Origin: Paragordius varius
Taxonomy: Eukaryota; Animalia; Nematomorpha
DNA: 64,000 bases
Reading direction: 5' to 3'
Assembly (NCBI GenBank): GCA_964247055.1
Contig: OZ176054.1
Span: 1,054,001 to 1,118,000, forward strand
The translations under genes and the position numbers were made by a program. This document shows positions 14,415 to 25,801 of the stretch, in pieces. The notes below the pieces were generated by a model. That model had not been told where the DNA came from and ran no database searches. It worked only from the letters and a program-made list of their open reading frames with translations. Position 1 is the stretch's first letter; every line of letters begins with the position of its first letter.

Positions 14415-15814
14415 CAGTGGTATCAAACCGCGGCCCTAAGAGTGCTTTGAATTGCCCTATGACTATATTGATACTTAAATTATTTTTTTATTGTGAATTT
14501 TTAAAATTAAACGAATTTTCGCTTATTTTAATATTAATTTTTATATTTAATTTTGATATTTTTATTTTTTACCCAATTTAAAATGTAGATAAATTTCCCT
14601 ACTATAAAATGATTTCAAAATTTTGGCACACGTTGTTTCTGTTTCTGTATTCTATTTTCTTTTTTATGAAATTTTTATTGCATTCCTTTTTTGTAATTAA
14701 GCAAGCCTTTCACCCAAACTTCCATATATATATTCTTTTCATTGGTACCCTGCATGACTTGTAGCTCATTCCCATTTCAAATCAACATTATAAATTTCGA
14801 CCTGTTTTTTATGGCAAAATTCAAATTTTATTCCTATTTTTTTGAAAAAAATACATAATATTTAAACATAAATTCAAAGGATGACAACTAATGCTAAAAA
14901 ACGTAATATATCCGATGAAAATCGCTCCTTTATTTGTCGTTTTAAATAAAAATGTTGTTACATGCCATATATGTAAGCACAACATAATTATAAAAAATAC
15001 ATTATTGAAAGACATTTTTCAATCCATCACCAGATAATCATAAGGAAAGAAACGAAAAATAAAAAAATAAGGAATTATGGAAAGAAAAATCTATTATGTC
15101 CATAGCTTTCTCCCAGATATTTTCCAACATAAAACGATTAATGAAGAAAATATGGAATTTACCCCGGAGATTAATTTAATAATAGGCAATCATTTAACAA
15201 TTTTATCTAATGAGATGAAATTCAGATTTTAAGAATAAAGAAATGTTAAAAATTATTTGAAACTCGTTGAAAATCCATGGCTTATGGATATATCCTATTA
15301 AGCAACTTCAGCATTTCGGTTTTATCCGGCGCATATCCTTGAAAAATTCGTATAAACATGATTCCAATTTGGAGGTTATATTCAAGGAGATTCGTAGAGA
15401 AGAAAGATATGTAGAGTTATGGCAAGATGTGCCAAATAACTATGATATATAAAAATTAGCTCAAGTTATCCTAACTGTTTTCCCCTCAACTTACACGTTT
15501 GAGACGGCATATTCATAAATGAAATATGTCAAGAATACATACAGAAATCGCTTAACCGATGCTCATATAGAAGATGTGTTAAGACTGGCCGGTCATGAGG
15601 CCAAAAATTTGTCAAAAATAATTGGTTAATTTCAAAATAAATGTTATGGTGCAAAAAGGTTTAAATGCGATCTACAAAAAATTCATTGTGCTTATTTAGA
15701 GTATAAATATGTGCAGTGTCAAATAGCTATGTAATATTTGAAATTATAAGGTTCATGGCCCTAGAAAAAAAAATATATTTTTGGCCCGTCAAATTTTTTT
15801 GGTGAGTACCACTG
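14415..15814 (+). mobile_element. hAT Charlie/Buster-type element with deleted GTF2IRD2-like transposase
   Basis: TIRs CAGTGGTATC / AGTACCACTG. 8-bp TSD ATCTAGAC / ATCTAGAT fits the NTCTAGAN Charlie preference. Remnants are TCHICK..LLK (BED-like, ~14950) and VFPSTYTFETAYS*MKYVKNTYRNRLTDAHIEDVLRL (hAT dimerisation domain, ~15470-15590). Confidence 0.85.
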
Positions 15815-16021
15815 ATCTAGATGAAAGTTGTTTTTTGCATAACGCTTGCTCTTGATCTCATTTATAAAATTTATTATTTTAGGGATCATTAACTAAATTG
15901 CTGAAAATCTAACTCGAAAGTAGTTATTATTTTTCATTATATAAATTAATTAAAAATATCATTAAGTCATCCCTAAAGAACGGCGCTCGGGGCCCTTGCC
16001 TTCCCTCTCGGTACGCTACTG

Positions 16022-16310
16022 GTGACCAATATCCGATGTTTAAGGGCAAAGTTTTGTTTGAGTATTGATGTGTATGCTACACATCAATTTGTATCGTTGT
16101 AAAAATCGGATATGAAAGAGTAAATCAAACTATTTCTATATATTGATGTAGTAGTCTTACTAAGAGAATAGTATAAAAATAATTTTATTCATTGGTGACC
16201 AATATCCGATTTTTAAGGGCAAAGTTTAAAATGAGTATTGATGCGTGTGCTCCACATTTAAAAGTATTGTTGTAAAAATCGGATATGAAAGAGTTACCAA
16301 ACTATCTGCA
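16022..16310 (+). repeat. Direct tandem duplication, ~172-bp period
   Basis: GGTGACCAATATCCGAT..TAAGGGCAAAGTTT..GTAAAAATCGGATATGAAAGAGT occurs at 16021 and 16194. An inverted degenerate piece follows at ~16340-16430. Confidence 0.7.
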
Positions 16311-16687
16311 TTTTATTTTTAACATACACATCATTACAAAAAAAATTTACCCTTAAAATCGATGTCACCGATCGACAAAATTATTTTTAATACTCTTAAT
16401 AAGAAAATATACCCGATGTTTACAAACTAAAAAGCATCCATATCTAAAATTGTAATAGTGGCCGCTACAAAATTTATTTTATTTTTTTCCAAATAAGAAT
16501 ATACAGTTATTTTGGCACCATTTATAATTATTTTTACAGAAGTACTTTAACTAACACATGGTCTACAAAAAATAGCCTGATAAAATATAATATGTTCCAT
16601 GATTATAGTATTCTCCATTTGCCCCTTACGTAAGACTTCATTAAATGTTTAGCAATTTATAATCCATTTTTACAAATAAATTAATTA

Positions 16688-16861
16688 CAGTGGCGTATGG
16701 AGTAAAAAATTGTTAGTGCAAAATAGAAAAAAAAATGTTTTTTTTAAAAAAAAACAAGGGGACATTATACATATGAGTATTTACAACTAGGATTGTTTTT
16801 TTAAAAAAAACATTTTTTTATTCTATTTTGCACTAACAATCTTTTACTCCATACGCCACTG
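16688..16861. mobile_element. Near-perfect palindromic 174-bp MITE
   Basis: TA|CAGTGGCGTATGGAGTAAAA..TTGTTAGTGCAAAATAGAA ... TTCTATTTTGCACTAACAA..TTTTACTCCATACGCCACTG|TA, TA-flanked. Confidence 0.85.
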
Positions 16862-17523
16862 TATATAAAATGCATGCTTTTATCACATAAACACCCTTAA
16901 AATTTTAAATTTGGGTACCGCTAGATAAAATTATGTAGATTGTTTGGAAATAAGGTTCCTAATTTTACAATAACTGTCTGATAATCGGAAGCATTATTAC
17001 ACAAATTCCTTTAAAGTCGAAATTCGGCCACCGCTAATCATAATCATTTTTTCTGCTAACTAAGACTAAAAAATACAGAGTGATTCGCAATTTCACTCAC
17101 AATTGATTTTTACAAGGACACAATTAAAAGCATTAAAATCCGCTCAGTTATTATTATAAAAATCAATCTTTGCTTTTATCGAATTTGTTATATGTGGGAA
17201 TTATGGCTAATACCGTTTTTATAAAACTAAATTAGTTCTGGCATAATGGTCACTACTTTTTGAAGACTCATAAAATGATGATATGATTGGCGTAGAGGGA
17301 AAAATGCCACTGTCCTAAAAATAAGAATTGTCCCTAAAATTCTGGAAATTTAGAAAATAAAAGAATATGCTAATATAGTTATAGAATCGATATGGACAAT
17401 TATTTATAAGGTAATTAATTCCACATTTTCAAAATATGATTATTTTAAATGTCAAGTGCATATTTATACATTTTCACTATTATAATTTTGAAAAACGTTA
17501 TGCCATTTTAAAAAAATTTCATA

Positions 17524-18709
17524 CCATTCAGTCAAAGGCAATACTTTTTCGAAACATTTTTTTTAAAAACATTTTTTAATTAAAGACATTTTTTCTGAAA
17601 AAAGCAACAATTTAATTAAAAACAAATTTATTTATTTAATGGTAATATTAAAATTCACTTATTCGTTAAATTTTGACCCTTAACTACGATTTTTATATTT
17701 ATTATTGATAATTAATGGGAAATTGAGTTTCAAATATAACTAAATTGTTATTATAAATTTATATTAACATTTATTTTTAAAATTTAAAAAATAAACCTTG
17801 TTATGTTTTTGCTATAATGTAAATTATTAAGTTTAATATTTTACACTTCGATTCTAATTGAGTAAATACCCCAGACTAAATTTGAGTTATGATTTTTAAA
17901 AAACTACTGAAGGAAACAGTCCCATATGCCAAAATATTTAAATAAAATTTTGTTTTGAAAAAAAAGTTCCATGTCATATAACTTCGACGCCATTTTTATT
18001 TTACAAAATTTTAGCAAAATATCGTGTTCATTTAATTTTAAGGGTAAAATTAAAGCTAATTTTTTAGTTAAATTACATCTAACATTGATAGAAATAGAAA
18101 AAGCTGATTATTTTGTATTATTTTTCCATTTTACCAGTGCACGCATGTCAAGTTAACTAAATTTTTACCTTTCGGTTTTAGCCTAAAATAAGTAATATCA
18201 AGTATTTTTGAATAAATTTTTTTATATATTTCGGTTATTTATGTTATATAAGTGCAAGATTTTGTCATGGTTTCGAATCCTTCCATATTTTTTAAAGAAT
18301 TTAATTTTAAACAGGCCTGGGGTATTTAACTACCCCAATTTGAATCGAAGGACTAAAATGAATGTGTTGTATCCAAGTGTTAAATATGAATATCAAAACA
18401 AATAATACAATTAAGTTATGAGCAAATTTTTAATAAAATTAATTTATCTCATATATTGATAACAAAATAATAATATCATAATTCAAAGCTATAATTAAAC
18501 TGACTAACTTGATAAAAATACTCAATGTTAACACAAAAATTGTTGCTTTTCCTTAAAAAAGATGTTGTTTCAGGTTGCGAAGTTGCGTATGGATGAAAAA
18601 TGTTGTCTTTGCTTGATACGTTTGAATGAAATAATGTTGTCTTCTTAAATGTTGTTTTTGCTTAAATATGTTGCGTTTGGTTGATATGTTGTTTTTGGCT
18701 GAAAAATGG
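17524..18709. mobile_element. Old foldback-type element (family C) with degenerate ~20-bp CAACATTTTT repeats, interrupted by a piggyBac-like MITE
   Basis: Left end TA|CCATTCAGTCAAA followed by ACATTTTT units. The right end reads CCATTTTTCAGCCAAA in reverse, preceded by AAATGTTGT units (18540-18700). Confidence 0.4.
17844..18379. mobile_element. Second, inverted copy of the piggyBac-like MITE
   Basis: Reverse-complement match to 12463-13041 over ~530 bp; ends ATCCAAGTG|TTAA. Confidence 0.75.
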
Positions 18710-19143
18710 CCAATTATTTTAAATTAACTATTCTTTTAAACCATATATAGGCGTTTCTCGCAAACAAAAAATTAATGAAAAATTGGAATATATAATAAGT
18801 CTTAAGTTATAAGATATTTTACGCCGCTTTTATATCTATTTGACTAAAGGCCTTTAATGTTTTTAATATATTTTTTCTCGCGGAATATATCTACTGATCC
18901 ATGCTTCAGCTTTTCAAATAATCGTTGCGTGTAATCGAAATCGGGCACCTTGTAACCAATTTAACATTTTATTCTCAAAACAATATAAAAAAATATATAA
19001 ATGCACATTCTATACTTATTTGGCTTGTATCAAAACATAACACGTTAACTATATTATTATAGGAACCGCAGCCTTAATGTTTTAAATAAAACATGTGTCA
19101 TTTTATCAAGGAGGAGCTCTGAAACTAACGAAATCTAGTACAG

Positions 19144-21273
19144 TAAAGTGACCAGATAGGCTGTTTTTCGCAGTACAGTACTGGGTTTTTGAAAAAAAAC
19201 GCGCCCGTACTGCGCTGACTTTTGTACTGCTTTTTGAAATAATTTTATAAATATGTTTTAATTACCATTTTCAAGTTTTGTTTGTAGAATTCAATAGAGT
19301 ACCCTTAGTTAAAATAAATAAATGGTTTTTTTTGCTCTAAAAAACTCTGGCCTTTAATTTCAATATTTTATTTTTTGCTCTAATATACATGGAGTTGGGT
19401 TTTGGACCGGTCAAATCGCTTATGAATGCAGCCATTCGCGAAATGGCAGAACTATCAATATCAGATTCCAGATTTAGGCCAACCTTTCACTCAGGGCTTC
19501 CGCACAAGCGACCTCAAAAATAAACACAAAATAAATTAATATTTTAGTAATTTGATCTTTTGAAAATTCATTTTTGTTTCATATAGGTTTCAGCTAAATT
19601 AAATTTTGTTTGAGTTTACTTTAATTATAATTATCAAACGGAAAATTTTTATATTTCCGCAACATATTATTTACATTCATTATATTTGGTTTCGATATAA
19701 CCCTTTTTTTCTAGGAAAAAAACAACTTTTTTATGTTTTGGGTGGGAGGTATGTTCCTTAATTTTTTGCTTCCCTAAACTTTAATTTGTATCCAGTTTTC
19801 TTTTCATTCTTTTGTGCATAAACAAATTTATAGACCTATTTTAATTTTGGCACACATACACACACACATAATAATTTTTTTATTAATTCTTTTTATTTTA
19901 ATTTTCTTTTCCGTGCCTTTTCTTATAAACAAAATATGGACTACGGAAAAAACACAACTCACAATAGATAGATACCTTGAAAGCAATTGTAATAATCAAA
20001 AATACAGAAGAAAATTGTGAAGCTTTTTTAGATAAAATTTCGTAAAACCATAAATTATTGGGACAATTACATAAATCTGAAAAATATATATTTATTATTT
20101 TTAGATATTATTACTATTATAAAAAAATAATTATTTATTAATAATTATGTCACTATACCATTGATTGGGTAGACTCAGAACTATTTGATTATTTTTATAT
20201 TTTACACTGTAGCAAAGTCGGCATTTAAATAATTTTCTATCCATTCACCTATCTTTTTTTCATCAACGCATAGTTTTACCTGCTGTCAAATAGTCATTTT
20301 TTCAAAAAGCTATGGAACAAAACTTTCATAAGATCGTGTGTGAATGATTTCATCTGCACAGCAACATCTTATAAAAACCAGATATATTGTTTCCCTATAT
20401 TTTTATTATCATATATTTGGTAATAATATTGTTTTTGACAATTAGCATTTTTTAAAACAAACATACCATTATAATCTATATATTTATAAAAATGGAAAGT
20501 AGTGGCTTGGTGATCTATTTCCGGGAAACCGGTAGATCCATTCAAATCCAAATGTCAAAATATGATCATTAATGAATGCCTCGACAATAGCTTCGCCCTT
20601 TTTTGAATTAGGCCGCCAGTTCGGGCCTACCTTGTGTAAAATACGTTTTTTTTAAAACAGAAGTCCACAAAAATCGTGTCTTTGAGACAATTTTCTGGAA
20701 AACGTGTTGGACCATTCAATTTCAAATATGATTTTTGTTTATTTTCGATTGCGCCAAACATAATCGGCTCGCTTTTTTAATTAAGACCCTCTTTTTACCC
20801 GCTCCTCCCGTAAAATGCCATTATTCCAAAATAATTCAAAAGTAATTGTTTGAATCTTTTTCGCCCAAGTAAACAATATATTACTATGAATGCATTGAAA
20901 TTCCTATGAGATCATAGCTAATAAAATATGTTTCGAAATAATCCATATATGTGGATCATTTTATTGTCCCTTTTTTCAAATAGCCTCCCCCCCCCCAGTC
21001 CGAAGGACTTCTTCGGGCTGCGTAGCAGCACGAGATTTACACTAGTATTATTATATATCCATATCCATATATATAACATATAATAAATAATTATATGTAC
21101 ATACATTTATCTTAAATTTTTAATAAATTTAATATTTTAATTGTTTCTAATGAGCTTATAAATAGTAACGAACAATATTATTTAATATAAAACACCGAAA
21201 ATCCGGTTAAAAAACAGGCAAAGTATGTTTTAATTTTGTACTGCGCCAGGGTTCTAAATATCTGGTCACATTA
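19144..21273. mobile_element. Non-autonomous hAT element (TARRGTGACCAGAT-type ends) containing a Helitron
   Basis: TIRs TAAAGTGACCAGATA / TATCTGGTCACATTA. Perfect 8-bp TSD TAGTACAG at 19136-19143 and 21274-21281. GTACTGCG/CGCAGTAC subterminal motifs recur at both ends. Confidence 0.85.
20475..21045 (+). mobile_element. Non-autonomous Helitron, short copy with no internal repeat units
   Basis: A|TCTATATATTTATAAAAATGG 5' end. Hairpins CCGAAG/CTTCGG and GCTGC/GCAGC lie 12 nt before CTAG|T. Confidence 0.85.
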
Positions 21274-22108
21274 TAGTACAGTAAACGTTTTTAATAAAGG
21301 TTTAATTAGAAAAAAGACATCGTTCATCATATCCTTATCTTGGAAAAAAAAAACATTACAACAGGCAATTAGGCCTCACAAACGGGTATAAAATATCTAA
21401 AAAAACTGTTAGTGGCATCGAATACATTGTTACAAAAAATATGAATCGGCTCTTATGTTGACGCTATTTCAAACAAACTCCAAATTTTCGCTTTGGTTGT
21501 AGACCCTATACAAACACAAAGTATTTTTTTATGCTAGAAAGGTATAGAAATGTGAAAAAAAATGAATTTAAATCTTGATGTAATTTAGAGAGACAATCCG
21601 CACGTTTTTTCGTTAGATAAAATTTTTGTTGCATTCTCATAAATATTTTTTTTTGAAATATTATTTTTTTGATTAAAAGGATTACGTAAAATGATGCGAT
21701 GGTATTAATATAATAACATTTATTTTTGTGAACATTTAATCGAAATTATATATTTATGGTTCAAAATGATAAATACAGAATAAAAATGATAAAAATAATC
21801 TTAAATTATGCATTGAACGATTGGAATGAAATTACATTTATAACTAATATATATCAATTACAATAAATATAGATATGGTCATTTTATAAAATGGTGTTCT
21901 GAGCAATAGTTATAATAAATTTATAATATTTTAAAAATATTTTATGATGTCTTAATTATATTATAAATAATTTGACAAAATGTAGATACTGTATAATATG
22001 TAGGAAAAATTGTCAAAAATTATCACGAATTAAAAAAGATCGTAAAGAATTGTATATATTATTCCAACAGTTGTTCATCTTTTATTGAAATTGACCATTT
22101 ATATGTCA

Positions 22109-25100
22109 TTATATTTTACCATTATAATCGGCATCCTTCATTTTTTGAGTCCCTGTTGTAAGATGTTTTATACGACGAGTTTTTCCACAATCACTGCGGT
22201 ATAAGAGATATGCCATAAGCATGGAACCCGCAGTTAAAATTGACATAAAACCAATGATTAAAAAAAGGATGCGAAAATCTATCTGTTCCTTAACCAAAAC
22301 GCTATTAGTAGGCAATAAAGTGGTGGTATTAAATGTTTCTTTTGTGGCAACACTAGGTAATAACGTAGTTGTATTAACTGGGAATTTTGTGAGCAAATTC
22401 GAAGCATAAATTGTTTGATTGGTAGGGTTTATGGGCACTTTAATTTTTGATGATCTATCCAAAATGTAACCAACGATAGGTCCTTCCAAAAAAGTTCCTA
22501 AAAATTACACATGGAAAAATATTAATATATTTTAGAGATTTATTTAATAATTATAAATTTATTCACATACCAAGAGTTCCAAAACCATTAATAATCCCAA
22601 TCAGAGTGCTGGAAGAATCTGGTTTATAACTTTTGGCAAGTAGGATAGGGATCGATGACGATAAAATATTATCCAAACCACCAATGAATAATCCTAAATC
22701 AAAAGTAAATTTTTCCCGAAAAAGCAATAAGGGCGATGGTCAAGTATAATAAATGATAAAATTTAGAACAACTGCTAATTTTTGTGGTGTTAGGTAAAAG
22801 ACCTTTTGTAAACTAAGATTAGAAATCAATGTTAGATTTTCTACGAAACCATCATGGCTAGGTTTTTTTAGAAGTGTAAAAAGTAGTAAAAACCTTACCT
22901 AAACCTATGAATTATGCATTCGAAAAATTGTAATAAACTTTGATTTTAAAGTATAAAAACTGTCACTATAAAATTCTTTTAATATTAACAATAAACACTT
23001 ATTTTGATTGGACACTACCCAAAAATTAATTGTATAACAAAATTATACCAACTGCAAGAAGTAAAGCGGCATTTATGATCCAATGAATTGATGGAGTGGC
23101 CGTTAACAAAAACCCAGCGACTGCCACGATTTGAAAACACGTAAAAGTGATAACACCAGCAAATTGTTTTTTGGCAAAGCACCTGTAATAATATGTTGGA
23201 TAGAAATAAGATTTTTTAAATCAAGAGTACAAAGTAAAACCTTGTATATCGATAAAAAGGAACAACCTGTCAAGTATGAATCCCAAAAGAACCGATCCCA
23301 AAACACCCCCGACTTCAAAAATAGCAGATATATTTCCAGCTTTTGTGGCTGTAAATCCGTTCTAGATTATAACAAATATTTATGATTCTCAACTATTCTG
23401 AGTTCATTTAAAAAGAGTGAATTAAGACACTAATAAAAATTAAATTTTTGGTTAATTATATAATTAATATAAGCATACGGTGTATTCCAGGATAAAGGGT
23501 AACCACATATAAAACACGTAACGAATCATTTTAATGCTAAACATGGCTAAAGCACTGAAACCCACAACGCTAAATATATAAGATTTAAAAAAAATGACTC
23601 TCTAGATTTGGTGATAAAATATTTAAACATTAAATAAATAAATGTGTAAGTTTAATAGGCCAATAATTGTGATAGAAGAAAAGGGGCTTACGGTATATCC
23701 CACATAATGATAAAGGAGCATATCATATGGTTCCAAAAGGCACGAGCCATTTTTCTAAATTTTCCTTCATTGTTGATTTTCGAATCAACATCTTTTTTGC
23801 ATACGCTATTTTCTTAAAAACAATTTATAAATTTAAGATATTTTAACAACAACAGATAAGTTTGAAAATACTTTCAGTATTTTTTATCGTTGGTTCAAGT
23901 TCAAAACATTCAGCCTCATAGATTTTGGCTATTTCATTGTGTGATGGGAGTATTACATTGTGTTCCAAGTCATATTTTAGATTATGATTTTCAGTCTTTT
24001 CTAATGATGGATCCTGTACAACGTTATCGTTCCTGCCTTCTTCTGCTTTTTTATTTTCTAATATAATAAAAGAAATAATTAAAAAAGGCTTTAATGCAAA
24101 AATTATCTATGTTTACGTTAATTATTTATTTCGCTCATATATTTGCGTAGAACATAATTTTATCCAATTTTGATTTCGATAATTAACGCATTAAAAGCCA
24201 ATTTTATTGAATCGTCCTTTCAGAATATAATTAATTTATTTCAAGAAACCAGAAATGAAATACACAACACTGATTCAAATCATAAAAAAACAATTATTTT
24301 AAATCATACATAATAATTATAGCGATTTTAGATATTAACCAATAAAATAAATGATTTATTATTATATATGCAATTATAATTCAGCTAAAATTGTATAAAT
24401 TTAATATAATATTTCAATTCTACAAGTAATCTAAATTTTAGTTTATATTTTAATTTTATTTCTTACGTTTGACAACTTGTAGTAATCGAAATATTATAAT
24501 AAATTTATACAATTTTAGCTGAATTATAATTGCATATATAATAATACAATCACACTTCAGCGTAAACAATATCCAATAAATGATTAAGTATTATACCATT
24601 TTGTGGTGTTAATTCCTTGTTTTCATGCATACCATTTTTGGCCTCAAATTTAACATTTTCGGTATTTACGTGTTCATTTCTTTTACGAGCATCGATCGTT
24701 TTAAGTAATGAGCGCAGAAATGTACGATAAAACACAACAATAATTATTCCAAATGCAATCTATTCATACGTATGCAAAAATGATCTCGAAAACAAAAAAA
24801 ATAAAATCAATGTGACCATGGAAAAAAAGTCCAACTTTTTAAAAAAAAAATTTGAAACAAAAACCATCATTGTATGAATAACTATTGGCACAAATATTAA
24901 TAATATAATTATGTGTTACTTTTTTCATCAAAAATTTAAAAATCCATGTAATGTTTTATATTTTAAAATAAGAGAAAAAAACTCTTCCAAAAATCTTAAT
25001 AAACATAAAATTTTCCTTAATTTAAATATCGTACAATTTAAAAATTATTACTTAATTCACTTTATTTATATATATTATCAATAATAGTTACAGATAAATG

Positions 25101-25759
25101 AAATGGTCCAATATTATCTGAGCTAATTTATTCTCTACATATAATTAAAATTAATAAAAAAGCTAAACTCCAATCATGTTTAAAAATATTTTATTGTTAA
25201 ATTTCTATTTTTATAATGATAAATTAATTAATTTTTGCGAGATTTGTGTAGATTAAAATAACTTGATTGTATTTATTATGGTGCACATTCGTTTTATTTA
25301 GTTAAATGTTGTAATTTGGATTAAAATATTCATTTAAATTTATGTATGATATCAGTTAGGTTGAAAACGGTATGTTTATCGAATATTTATTATTTATGGT
25401 ATAAATAAAAAAAATTATTATTTAAAAATCAATATAACACCAGATAAAGATTAAAAAAACTAAAAATATATAAAATAATAAACAAAAAAATTAATAATTA
25501 GGAACAAAAAGGAATAAAAAATATTATTATTTAACAATATAAATAAAGTAAGATATGCAACTCCCATAACCTTTTAACCTTTTTAGGTATTAATTAATAT
25601 ATATTTTATTAATAGGGAATATTCATAATTATCATAAAAGAATAAAAAATTATTAAAAATATATTTTTTATAAATATATAAAAAATAAAATATTTTACCA
25701 CAAACAATGATGGTAGAGGATAAACCCATTTCCAAGACAAAGTGTCTTTGACATAAACC

Positions 25760-25801
<42 letters not shown>

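Larger units (their letters stand above)
13145..16021 (-). mobile_element. Decayed hAT element (Tip100/ZMYM1-like transposase) hosting a nested hAT
   Basis: Imperfect TIRs CACTCACGTACC (13145) / GGTACGCTACTG (16021), each with GC-rich GGCGCYCGGGGC subterminal motifs. The target-site duplication is not retained. Confidence 0.5.

Noticed and set aside
17160-17400. Possible piggyBac transposase debris
   Set aside because: No convincing conserved motif survives in any frame.
20369-20551. Similar ORFs (..DLNGSTGFPEIDH..) at 20369-20551 and 30396-30659
   Set aside because: They are antisense read-throughs of the Helitron 5' end, repeated only because the element is repeated.
25500-25575. Apparent SLC37 exon VMGVAYLTLF
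   Set aside because: The exon starting at 24759 (IAFGIIIVVFY) continues the helix in phase and has a proper donor; this stretch has none.
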